Source of the DNA: a virus
Lineage: Duplodnaviria > Caudoviricetes
IMG/VR virus record: IMGVR_UViG_3300043409_000415
Span: 830-64,829 of that record
DNA length: 64,000 nt
Direction: 5' to 3' (one strand)
The translations under genes and the position numbers were made by a program. Numbering within the stretch: the stretch's first letter is position 1; each line of letters begins with the position of its first letter. The notes beneath the pieces were generated by a model that was given only the letters and a program-made list of their open reading frames with translations, ran no database searches and was not told where the DNA came from. Shown piece after piece: positions 26,647-35,960 of this stretch.

Positions 26647-28773
26647 ATGTCAGCTAGTCTTGCCTTTAAAACAACGTCCGGTGGCTCAATTACCGTTACC
26701 CCTACGGATACGGCTAGTAACTACACCCTTACTTTGCCATTAGGTTCTGGGACATTGGCCGGACCTAGTTCAACTCCGGTCAGTGTAATTGACTACGGGG
26801 CAGATCCTACGGGCGTAGCTGACTCTACCACTGCGATCCAAGCTGCACTTACAGCTTCAACGTATGTGACCTTTGGTAAGGCAGGTAACACTTACAAGGT
26901 TAGTTCAGCGCTGACAGTTCAGACTGGTAGTACATTGGTTTTTAACGGCGCTACAGTTACTCAAACAGCAACGCAGACTCCAATGTTTGATGTGCGCAGC
27001 ACAACTGGTGTAGTTATATCAGGCGGTAACTTCATTGGCAAAGCAGAGTCTCCATTCACCAACTCAGCATCGTCTCTTGCTATCTGCGTTCGTGGAGCAT
27101 CTGCTACCAACCTGTCAGTCCGCAATAACACGTTCACTGGGTTTTGCTACTCCCCCTTGATGGTGGCGCTACCGGGTACAAACATCGAGTTCATCGACAA
27201 CTTTGTTACCGGCCCAGGTGCTGCTGTTCTTGGTATTCCTTCTGCTGGTAACCGTAATTGCACAGGTGTCACGATCCTTGGTAATGGTGTAACCATCCGA
27301 GGAAACACAATCCAAGAAACCAGCGAAGGTATCATTGTTGGTCAACAGTCTACGGATGTGGTGATTGACGCTAACATCATTAAGAACACGGTAGTAGAGC
27401 ATGGCATTTACTGTGACACAGGCATTCAACGCCTGACAATTAGCAACAACCTGATCCACAACACTTGTGGCATTGGTATGAAAGTGCAGTGGTACAACGA
27501 CCCTGTGCTGACGCAAATTCCTAGTGACATGACCATCATTGGTAACGTCATTGAAAACACCGGTACAGCAGCGCCCTTTATTAGCGGCGATGGCATTTTG
27601 GTGTACAACTCTGCCCCAGCTACTGCGGGCACTCTTTCTGGCGTAACAGCGGCTAATCCAGCAGTGTTTACGACGGTAGCTGCTCATGGCCTTGTGGCGG
27701 GTGACGTTATAAGCATCAGCGGTGTTGTTGGAATGGTTGCTCCTAGCAGCGCTGTAGCTAATGTTTTAAATGATAGTTGGGTGGTTGCTACTACTCCATT
27801 GTCTACAACATTTACAGTTACAAACTATCTAGAAGCTGTACTTAGTACTGTTGGTTGGAGTGCTTGGTCTAGCGGTGGAACTATCACCAAAGCCATGTAT
27901 GGTAACAACATCGCCATTACCGGCAATTCAATTCGCACTATTAACCAAGATGGCATTAGCCTACGGTACGTTAAAAATGCTGTGGTTTCTGGCAATGTGG
28001 TCGATACCTGCGGGCGTAATGGCTTATACGGCTTGTACATTGCAAACGTGGATTTCTTAGACAACAACGTGTCCAACATTCAGTACAACGGTGTTGCTGT
28101 GTATGCCCCCCTGCGTCCTTGCCGGGTAAGGAACAATACCCTTATCAATCCAGGCGCAGCAGGTATTGACACTAGCGGTGGAAGCTCCGGGATATTGCTT
28201 GACAGTAACGGTGGAGTTGATTGCTCGTATAACACAATCATTGGTGAAGTTACCCAGACCAAGATGTTCTATGGTATCCAGCTTGCCTCTGGTGACAAAC
28301 GCCAATACACGATGGATCGCAACATCATCCAACGTGCTGAGAGTGCTGGTATAGCTCTTTGGAACGACACTCCCAATGTCTATCCCCTGAAGTCTTTGTT
28401 CAACAACAATAGTTCTTCTGCTGTAGGGCCAAACTCTTACACAGGTATAACCACAGCAACTCCTGGGCGGGGCACTTCACAACGAGACTTCTTTGGGGAT
28501 GCTGCTCCTAGTACCGGAACCTGGGGGCAAGGAGACAAGTTCTGGGCGCAGTTCCCTGCTGCTGGTGGACCGCTAGGGTGGGTTTGTTTGTCCGGTGGAA
28601 CTCCCGGCACTTGGTATCCTTTTGGCGCAGTGCAGGGGAGTAATGCTTATAGCGTCACTGGCGGGGCAACTGACCGGGCACTTAGCCCTGCCGTAGATAC
28701 ACTGCAAGCTGGCCTTAATGTGCTGGGTACGTTAATAGCCGATCTTCAAGCCGCTGGTATTCTGAGAACCTAA
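26647..28773 (+). CDS. Tailspike/depolymerase (right-handed beta-helix)
   Basis: VSVIDYGADPTGVADSTTAIQAAL; I.GN.I repeats; C-terminal GWVCLSGGTPGTW. Confidence 0.8.
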   Translation: MSASLAFKTTSGGSITVTPTDTASNYTLTLPLGSGTLAGPSSTPVSVIDYGADPTGVADSTTAIQAALTASTYVTFGKAGNTYKVSSALTVQTGSTLVFNGATVTQTATQTPMFDVRSTTGVVISGGNFIGKAESPFTNSASSLAICVRGASATNLSVRNNTFTGFCYSPLMVALPGTNIEFIDNFVTGPGAAVLGIPSAGNRNCTGVTILGNGVTIRGNTIQETSEGIIVGQQSTDVVIDANIIKNTVVEHGIYCDTGIQRLTISNNLIHNTCGIGMKVQWYNDPVLTQIPSDMTIIGNVIENTGTAAPFISGDGILVYNSAPATAGTLSGVTAANPAVFTTVAAHGLVAGDVISISGVVGMVAPSSAVANVLNDSWVVATTPLSTTFTVTNYLEAVLSTVGWSAWSSGGTITKAMYGNNIAITGNSIRTINQDGISLRYVKNAVVSGNVVDTCGRNGLYGLYIANVDFLDNNVSNIQYNGVAVYAPLRPCRVRNNTLINPGAAGIDTSGGSSGILLDSNGGVDCSYNTIIGEVTQTKMFYGIQLASGDKRQYTMDRNIIQRAESAGIALWNDTPNVYPLKSLFNNNSSSAVGPNSYTGITTATPGRGTSQRDFFGDAAPSTGTWGQGDKFWAQFPAAGGPLGWVCLSGGTPGTWYPFGAVQGSNAYSVTGGATDRALSPAVDTLQAGLNVLGTLIADLQAAGILRT

Positions 28774-29069
28774 TGAACCTACCTCAACTCCCTACGGACA
28801 AAGCCAACCATCTTTTCTATGGCGCGGTGATGTTTAACTTTGCGTTGATCGTTGCCCACTTTTCTTTTCCAGCCCATCAGTTTGTAATTGCCTGTGCATT
28901 TACATTCTTTATGGCAATAGGCAAAGAAATTAGCGATGCAGTGATAAACTTGCGGGCAACTGGCGATCTGATGCGCGGACCCCACGGGGTAGAAGTCCTT
29001 GATGCAGTAGCAACTTGCGCTGGTGGTGTTCTCGTTGCTTTGCCTCTGCTCATCACAAAGCTTGTGTGA
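28773..29069 (+). CDS. Small multi-pass membrane protein (VanZ-like motif)
   Basis: DKANHLFYG...GKEISD...DAVATCAGG with three hydrophobic stretches. Confidence 0.6.
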   Translation: MNLPQLPTDKANHLFYGAVMFNFALIVAHFSFPAHQFVIACAFTFFMAIGKEISDAVINLRATGDLMRGPHGVEVLDAVATCAGGVLVALPLLITKLV

Positions 29070-29083
29070 TTTAAGGTCATGCC

Positions 29084-31261
29084 ATGCCGCTGCAAAAAAT
29101 AACGCTCAAGCCTGGGGTCAATCGGGAAAACACTCGGTACACCAATGAGGGCGGTTGGTATGACTGCGACAAAGTGCGTTTCCGTCAAGGAACCCCGGAG
29201 AAGATCGGTGGATGGTCACGGGTTAACTCTGGAGCACCATACCTAGGTATCTGTCGTTCCCTTTGGCCTTGGGCTGCTTTGTCCGGACAAAAGTATCTAG
29301 GGGCTGGGACAAACCTCAAGTACTACATTATGCTTGGTGGTGCGTACAATGATATTACGCCCATTAGATCTACAACAGCACCTGGGGATGTAAAATTTAG
29401 CGGGACTATTCCTGGGCAATCCACTGTCACGGTAACTGACGCTGCTAATGGCGCTGTTGTAAATGACTTCGTTACGTTCTCGGGCGCAGTAGATCTTGGC
29501 GGTAATATCACAGCCGCAGTACTGAATCAAGAATATCAAATAACGTCCATACTAACAGCCAATACATACACCATATCGGTTGGTGTTCTTGCTACTGCAT
29601 CTGATGCAGGAGATGGCGGGGCTAATACAGTTGGCGTTTATCAAATAAATACAGGTTCAGTAATACAAGTTCCTGCGTTTGGATGGGGTGCTGGGCCTTG
29701 GGGTGGGGGAGCTTGGGGGTATGGCCTTTCCGGGTACTCAACAATTCGGATCTGGAACGCGCAGAACTTTGGTCAAGATTTAATCTATGGCCCTAAAGAT
29801 GGCCCTTTGTATTATTGGTATGCTTCTAATAGCAATCCTTTAATTAATCCTTTAACAATTCGGGGCGTTGCTTTATCCTCTTTGGGTGGAGCAGTTACTC
29901 TGCCCTATGTTGCTGGTCAACCTGTGCTAATGGGCTTGTCCACCTTCTTTACAGAAGGAACTCCAGTCACATTAGGTGTAAATGCTGGGGGAACGTTCCC
30001 CACAGGGATAAATGGCACAACAACTTACTATCTGTCAAATGTAAATACCAACGCGCTGGCCTGTAATCTGTCCACTACGCCCGGTGGGACTACTCTTGTA
30101 ACCCCTACTGGAGCAGGCTCAGGAACGTTCTACATTGCTGATTTACTAGATGTTCCAAGAGAGCAAATCCTAACGCTTGTTTCAGATGTGTCCCGGTTTG
30201 TCATCTGCTTTGGCACGAATGACTACTACAGCACTGAACAAGATCCCATGCTTGTCCGCTGGTCGGATCAGGAAAGCGCAATTGATTGGACTTCTTCAGT
30301 AACCAATCAAGCAGGCAGTATTAGACTGTCCCACGGCTCAACCATCGTTGCAGTAACGCAGACTAAGCAAGAAATCCTTATCTGGACGGATACTTCCCTG
30401 TACTCATTGCAGTATGTTGGTGCGCCTTTTGTTTGGGTTCCTAAACTGCTCAGCGATAACGTAACTATCTTGAGCGACAGGGCTTTTTCTACTGCTGCTG
30501 GTGTTACCTATTGGATGGGGGAAGACAAGTTTTACTCCTACGATGGTCGTGTAAATACCATGATCTGCGATCTTCGTCAGTATGTGTTTGACGATGTGCC
30601 GGGGATGAACAACGAACAACCGCAGCAAATCTTTGCTTCAACTGTCGAGAAGTTCAATGAAGTTTGGTGGTTCTATTGTTCAAATGACGTTACTACTATT
30701 GACCAATATGTAGTTTATAACTACATTGAAAAGCTTTGGTACTACGGAACAATGGCTCGATCAGCATGGACAGACGCAGGAATTATTAGCCATTTCCCAG
30801 TTAGCGCAAGCAGTGCTGGTAGTTTGTTGTTGTACCAAGAAAGCGGTACTAATAACAATGAAACCAACAATAACACACCTATTGTTTCGTATATCACCTC
30901 ATCTGAGTTTGACCTTGATGATGGTAATAACTTTGCTTTTGTGTGGAGAATGCTTCCTGACATTACCTTCCGGGGCTCTGAAGCTGCAAATCCTTCTGTA
31001 AATATGTACCTCCTGCCTTTGACCAACTCTGGCTCTGGGTACAACAACAACACCTCGACAAACAGCAACCAGTCTGTAGCGGATCAAAGCTTTGCGCCGA
31101 TCACTAGGTCTGCAATTTATCCTGTTGAGCAATTTACAGGACAAGTGTTCACAAGAGTTCGTGGACGGCAAATGTCAATCAAAGTAGAATCCACCGCAGC
31201 AGGAGTTCAGTGGCAACTTGGTTCTCCCCGGATAGATATCAGGAAAGATGGCAGGAGATAA
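29084..31261 (+). CDS. Tail nozzle/stabilisation protein (P22 gp10/T7 gp12-like)
   Basis: KPGVNRE...VRFRQG.PEKIGGW; VRWSDQE; NEVWWFY; ends DGRR. Confidence 0.75.
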   Translation: MPLQKITLKPGVNRENTRYTNEGGWYDCDKVRFRQGTPEKIGGWSRVNSGAPYLGICRSLWPWAALSGQKYLGAGTNLKYYIMLGGAYNDITPIRSTTAPGDVKFSGTIPGQSTVTVTDAANGAVVNDFVTFSGAVDLGGNITAAVLNQEYQITSILTANTYTISVGVLATASDAGDGGANTVGVYQINTGSVIQVPAFGWGAGPWGGGAWGYGLSGYSTIRIWNAQNFGQDLIYGPKDGPLYYWYASNSNPLINPLTIRGVALSSLGGAVTLPYVAGQPVLMGLSTFFTEGTPVTLGVNAGGTFPTGINGTTTYYLSNVNTNALACNLSTTPGGTTLVTPTGAGSGTFYIADLLDVPREQILTLVSDVSRFVICFGTNDYYSTEQDPMLVRWSDQESAIDWTSSVTNQAGSIRLSHGSTIVAVTQTKQEILIWTDTSLYSLQYVGAPFVWVPKLLSDNVTILSDRAFSTAAGVTYWMGEDKFYSYDGRVNTMICDLRQYVFDDVPGMNNEQPQQIFASTVEKFNEVWWFYCSNDVTTIDQYVVYNYIEKLWYYGTMARSAWTDAGIISHFPVSASSAGSLLLYQESGTNNNETNNNTPIVSYITSSEFDLDDGNNFAFVWRMLPDITFRGSEAANPSVNMYLLPLTNSGSGYNNNTSTNSNQSVADQSFAPITRSAIYPVEQFTGQVFTRVRGRQMSIKVESTAAGVQWQLGSPRIDIRKDGRR

Positions 31262-31264
31262 GTT

Positions 31265-31450
31265 ATGTCGATTCCTGTTGGCTTTGTAGCTCCCCATCTT
31301 CCTATAGCTGTAGATCAGTACGATAGGTCTAGCGAGGATCGATTCATCAATGCGCTTCGGCTGTACTTTGGTCTTCTGGACAATCAAAACCAGACTTTAA
31401 ATACCCAAGTCTCCACGAATCAAACCTTGATCTGGTTGAGCAATGGCTAA
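31265..31450 (+). CDS. Small tail needle-like protein
   Basis: APHLP...LRLYFGLLD; 61 aa. Confidence 0.6.
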   Translation: MSIPVGFVAPHLPIAVDQYDRSSEDRFINALRLYFGLLDNQNQTLNTQVSTNQTLIWLSNG

Positions 31451-31778
31451 TTTTCAAAACGTTTCCCCTGTCAAGCTTGGACAAAAAGCACTGACTGCTA
31501 CCTATGCTCAGTTGTACATCACACCTGGGATCACACGCACTTATGTGAAGCAGTTTGATATTTCCAACACTTCGGCTACTCCGGGGACGTTCTACATCCA
31601 CATCGTCCCTACGGGTGGCACAGCGGATGTGACCAACTCTATCTTCTACAACGCTCCCATTGCGGGTAATACCACTGTGCAGTGGACGGGGGTAGAGATT
31701 ATGAACACCAGCGACACCATACAGATCAAAGGTTCTACGACTTGCGCTGTCACTGCTAGTGGAGGTGAGGCGGTATGA
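31443..31778 (+). CDS. Virion protein
   Basis: Beta-rich 111 aa, coupled overlaps. Confidence 0.65.
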   Translation: MANFQNVSPVKLGQKALTATYAQLYITPGITRTYVKQFDISNTSATPGTFYIHIVPTGGTADVTNSIFYNAPIAGNTTVQWTGVEIMNTSDTIQIKGSTTCAVTASGGEAV

Positions 31779-33043
31779 TCACAGTCTACCCACCGCTTGG
31801 TGCTACGCCTGGGAACCCCACGGTTGTAACCTTTAACGGGACAACTGCGCTTGATGCGTTTGGTAGGCTCCGGGTAAGCGAGCCTTACACGCTGTTTGAT
31901 AGCCAGAACAGGTACGCAGCAGACAATCAGTTTGATACTAGCACTGCCTCTGGCGGTGCTTTTGCGTTCCTGCCGAATGAGTCAAGCTGCTCAATGACAG
32001 TAAACACTACCAGCGGTAGTGAAGTTGTTCGTCAGACGTTCCGCACTTTCCCCTACCAGCCGGGTAAAAGCTTGCTGATGATGGGGACGTTTACATTTGC
32101 CGCTGGGAAAGTAAACCTACGGCAACGGGTTGGATACTTCAGTACGCAGAACGGCTGCTTCTTCATGCAGGACGGTGGGACCGGCACTACGCTGTCTTTC
32201 ACCATTCGTACCTATGTGTCTGGGGCTGTGAGTGATGTAAACACAGTAACTCAAGCGAATTGGAACGGGGACAAGCTGGACGGGACTGGGCCTAGCGGAC
32301 TGCTGTTGGATGTAACCAAGACGCAGATTCTGTTCATGGACTTTGAGTGGCTAGGAGCAGGTAACGTCCGCTGCGGCTTTGTCCTTAACGGTGTGTTTGT
32401 CGTAGCGCATACGTTCCAGAACGCCAATCAAACGGGCAGTACAGCCGTTTACATGACCACTGCGATCCTGCCTATACGGTATGAGATCACCAACACAGGG
32501 GTTACAGCGTCGACTTCTGTGATGAAGCAGATTTGCTCTACGGTTCTTAGTGAAGGCGGGTATGCTCAACTAACTGCCGACACTGTTGCTAGGCGCACTG
32601 CGGTCCTTGCCAACATAGACACTACGTTCTTGCCGATGCTATCAATCCGGCTGAATGCTTCAACGCTTGGTGCTGTGGTGTTGATAAAGCAAATAAACGT
32701 ACTGCCTACCACGACCCAGAACTATGAAACGGTCTTGGTGAAGAACTCAGTTCTTACTGGAGCTTCATGGGTTACAGGTACTTTCCAGAACGTAGACTAT
32801 GATGTAACTGCTACGGCAATGACTGTGCCCACTGCAACGTCTATTGTGCAAAGTGACTTTGGGACTTCAACATCGCAAGGCCGGAATGTCTTAGCTGGAA
32901 GCACAGGGTACAACTTTGACTATCAGCTTGGCGCATCAATTGCCGGTACAAGCGACATTTACACCATAGGCATTAGGACGGTATCCGGCGCTACCAAAGG
33001 CGATGCTTTCGCTTCCCTTGTCTTCTACGACCTGACGTTCTAA
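31775..33043 (+). CDS. Virion protein (lectin-like fold likely)
   Basis: DAFGRLRVS.P.TLFD...YQPGKS...EWLGAGNVRCGF. Confidence 0.7.
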   Translation: MITVYPPLGATPGNPTVVTFNGTTALDAFGRLRVSEPYTLFDSQNRYAADNQFDTSTASGGAFAFLPNESSCSMTVNTTSGSEVVRQTFRTFPYQPGKSLLMMGTFTFAAGKVNLRQRVGYFSTQNGCFFMQDGGTGTTLSFTIRTYVSGAVSDVNTVTQANWNGDKLDGTGPSGLLLDVTKTQILFMDFEWLGAGNVRCGFVLNGVFVVAHTFQNANQTGSTAVYMTTAILPIRYEITNTGVTASTSVMKQICSTVLSEGGYAQLTADTVARRTAVLANIDTTFLPMLSIRLNASTLGAVVLIKQINVLPTTTQNYETVLVKNSVLTGASWVTGTFQNVDYDVTATAMTVPTATSIVQSDFGTSTSQGRNVLAGSTGYNFDYQLGASIAGTSDIYTIGIRTVSGATKGDAFASLVFYDLTF

Positions 33044-33050
33044 GGTAAAT

Positions 33051-35948
33051 ATGGCAACTACCCCAGCCAAACCCATAGCACAAGTTGTTTCGCCTAATGT
33101 AGCGGCTCCTTTTGTAGAGCCTGATTACGGTCAAATGATGTTTGGCAGTGGTCAAGATGCTTCTCTTGGAAATACTCCTTTGGGGATAGGTAGAAGCGCT
33201 GCTGTAGACGCTTTGCTTGGAAAGGGCTGGTCAAATAGTACGGATTTTGAACAGTATGTAACTAGTGGAAACGGGCAAGATGTTTATACCGGGCCAATGG
33301 TGGGGAGAGACAATCCAGACTATGTCCCGTTTAATGCTTCACAAGCAAGCGGCAAAGCCCAGCAAAGAATTAGCCCAACTCAATATGCAGAACAAAGCTA
33401 TGGCCCTGGGGGCAAGCTTGCAGGTGATGTTGTTATTAAAGACTACCCCAAAGAGGATCTTATATTTGGGTTGCTTATTAACGCCGGCATGGCCGGGGTT
33501 CTTGGCCCATTAGCAGGACAAATTGGTGCTGGATTAAGCGGCGCAGTTGGATTGGGGGAGGCTGGGTTAACTGCTGCTGAACTTGCAACCCTTGGCGAAC
33601 TTGGCATTAACACTGCCATGTTGGATGCTGGAGCAATATCAGCTTTGGGCGCTGGAGCAACAAACGCAGGAATGACTGCTTTAAGAGGCGGTGATTTTGG
33701 CGATGTGCTTACGTCTGGAGCTACTGGTGGCATTGGAAGTTACGCCGGCTCTAGTGTTAACAGCTACATCCCTTCTGACATTACCGGTACGGGTATAGAC
33801 TCTTTAAATGCCGGTGCAACTGGGGCAATTAAGGGCGCTACAAGTGGTGGTGTAGGGGCTCTGCTTCGCGGTGATGATATTGGCGAAGCTGCTTTAATGG
33901 GTGGTTTGGGTGGTGGTTTTAACAGTGCTATGGAGAGTACTTTAAAAGGCATGGGTATTCCACGCACAGCAATTAAACTCTTAGGCCCAGCAGCAATTGC
34001 CACCATGTTGAATAAAGATCCCACTGGGGCTTTAATTAAAGCTGCTATCAGCCAAATACCTACAGGCAAAGCTAGCGGTGGGTCTATCCAAGGAAACAAT
34101 ATGCGCACGAAATACTATGACGGTGATGATGAGAGTTTTGTTGAAAACGACGATCCTGATTCTTATCCAATTTATGATCCTAGCAATGTTGAAAACGACG
34201 ACCCTGATTCTTATCCAATTTATAATCCTAAAGACCCGCTAAACAACATCACTATTACAGATCCAGATGTTGATCCTAATGCGGCTAAAGATCCTTATGC
34301 TACTTGGGGCAGTGATCAAACAAAAGATGCTAACGGAAATGTTATTCCTCAGAGGGATGTTTCTGTAGTTACTCCTGATAAAGGCTTTGGAAGCACAGAC
34401 TGGGCCAAGAACCTTCTAGGTAAAGCTGTAACTCCGGGTGGTATTGCTGCTCTAATGGCTGCTGTTGCAGGGGCTAGGGGCGCTAATGATCCTTCTACTC
34501 AAGGGTATCAGGGTGTTTTAAATCCTAAAGCTCTCACCGCAACGCAGACTCAACTTAAACAGCCTGCGTATGTTCCCTACAGTGGTGAAGCTGTGATGGG
34601 TAGGAGACAGTTAAGCGACATGGTGTACGCTCCTCCTGCCCCTCCTCCTCCTCCCCCTGATATGGCTACTGTGCTTGGGACTCCCGCCACGCAAGAACCA
34701 ATAGTACCTCCCCCTAGTGGGATTGTCGGTCCAATTAAAAACCCAACACTAAAGGATTCATATGCAATGGGCGGTATTGCGGACTTAGCTGGTGGTGGTA
34801 GCACAGGTCAACCTCGATACCTTCGGGGGCATACTGACGGAATGGCAGATAAGATTGATACAGACATTGATGGCAAGCAAGCAGCTAAGCTAAGTCATGG
34901 AGAGTTTGTAATCCCTGCGGATGTTGTATCTCACCTAGGTAACGGGAACTCTGATGCTGGTGCTAAGGTGTTGTACAAGATGATGGATCGGGTACGACAT
35001 GCTCGCACTGGGAATTCCAAGCAAGGCAAGGAGATCAATCCTGCCAAATTCATGCCGGGTGGATTAGCTAGTCTTTCTGAGTACGCTGATGGGGGCGCTG
35101 TTGCTTTCCAAACAGGTGGTACTGCACCGCCTATTGCAGCAGGCTCAACTACACCTGTGTCTACCATAGGTAATCTTTCTACATGGTCTGCTCCGGGCGT
35201 TGTTGATTACATCAATAAAGGCACTGCGCTTTCTAACACGCCATATCAGGCTTATGAAGGCCCGTTAACTGCCGGGTATTCTCCATTGCAGAAGCAGGCG
35301 TTTGATACTGCTAGCAATATCAACATCCCTACGGCTAAGATGGGCGCATACACACCGGGTACATTTGATGCAGCTACAGCGCAGACGATGATGAACCCTT
35401 ACCTGCAAGCATCGCTTGATCCTCAGTTGGCTGCTGCAAAGCGTCAATCTGAGATTAGTCAAGTAAACAATGCGGGTAAAGCCACTCAAGCTGGAGCATT
35501 TGGCGGGAGCAGGGGGGCAATTATGGGGGCTGAAAGTGAACGTGCTCTTGGGGCTAATCTGGCTAACATTACAGGCCAGGGATACAATACTGCGTTTACA
35601 AATGCTCAGAATCAGTTCAACACTCAAGTAGGTCAACAGCAAACAGCGCAGAATGCAACAAATGCATATGGTCTTCAAGCTTTGGGTAATGTTGCTGGGC
35701 TTGGTGCAACACAACGGGGTATTGAAGCTGAAGGTATTGGTGCTCTGAAGAATCAGTTTGAAGAAGAGCGTAACGACCCGTACAAGAAGCTGGCGCTGGA
35801 GCAAAGTCTGTACGCTGGCCTGCCAGTCTCTACCGGGACCACCACGCCAAACCTTTCTGCGGCTCAAAAGGTTAACGCTATTCTTAGCGGCGTTACTGGC
35901 GTTTATGATAATGTAAAAGCTAATGTTGACAAGCTTGTTGGCCCTTAA
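33051..35948 (+). CDS. Internal virion/DNA-ejection protein
   Basis: G/A-rich hydrophobic segments, xAxGG motifs, LSHGEFVIPADVV domain, MNPY...AGAFGGSR Q-rich pilot-like region. Confidence 0.7.
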   Translation: MATTPAKPIAQVVSPNVAAPFVEPDYGQMMFGSGQDASLGNTPLGIGRSAAVDALLGKGWSNSTDFEQYVTSGNGQDVYTGPMVGRDNPDYVPFNASQASGKAQQRISPTQYAEQSYGPGGKLAGDVVIKDYPKEDLIFGLLINAGMAGVLGPLAGQIGAGLSGAVGLGEAGLTAAELATLGELGINTAMLDAGAISALGAGATNAGMTALRGGDFGDVLTSGATGGIGSYAGSSVNSYIPSDITGTGIDSLNAGATGAIKGATSGGVGALLRGDDIGEAALMGGLGGGFNSAMESTLKGMGIPRTAIKLLGPAAIATMLNKDPTGALIKAAISQIPTGKASGGSIQGNNMRTKYYDGDDESFVENDDPDSYPIYDPSNVENDDPDSYPIYNPKDPLNNITITDPDVDPNAAKDPYATWGSDQTKDANGNVIPQRDVSVVTPDKGFGSTDWAKNLLGKAVTPGGIAALMAAVAGARGANDPSTQGYQGVLNPKALTATQTQLKQPAYVPYSGEAVMGRRQLSDMVYAPPAPPPPPPDMATVLGTPATQEPIVPPPSGIVGPIKNPTLKDSYAMGGIADLAGGGSTGQPRYLRGHTDGMADKIDTDIDGKQAAKLSHGEFVIPADVVSHLGNGNSDAGAKVLYKMMDRVRHARTGNSKQGKEINPAKFMPGGLASLSEYADGGAVAFQTGGTAPPIAAGSTTPVSTIGNLSTWSAPGVVDYINKGTALSNTPYQAYEGPLTAGYSPLQKQAFDTASNINIPTAKMGAYTPGTFDAATAQTMMNPYLQASLDPQLAAAKRQSEISQVNNAGKATQAGAFGGSRGAIMGAESERALGANLANITGQGYNTAFTNAQNQFNTQVGQQQTAQNATNAYGLQALGNVAGLGATQRGIEAEGIGALKNQFEEERNDPYKKLALEQSLYAGLPVSTGTTTPNLSAAQKVNAILSGVTGVYDNVKANVDKLVGP
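34140..34230 (+). repeat. 48-bp-period tandem duplication (VENDDPDSYPIY.P x2)
   Basis: gttgaaaacgacga[tc]cctgattcttatccaatttat[ga]atccta at 34140 and 34188. Confidence 0.9.
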
Positions 35949-35960
35949 GGAAATAAGAAA

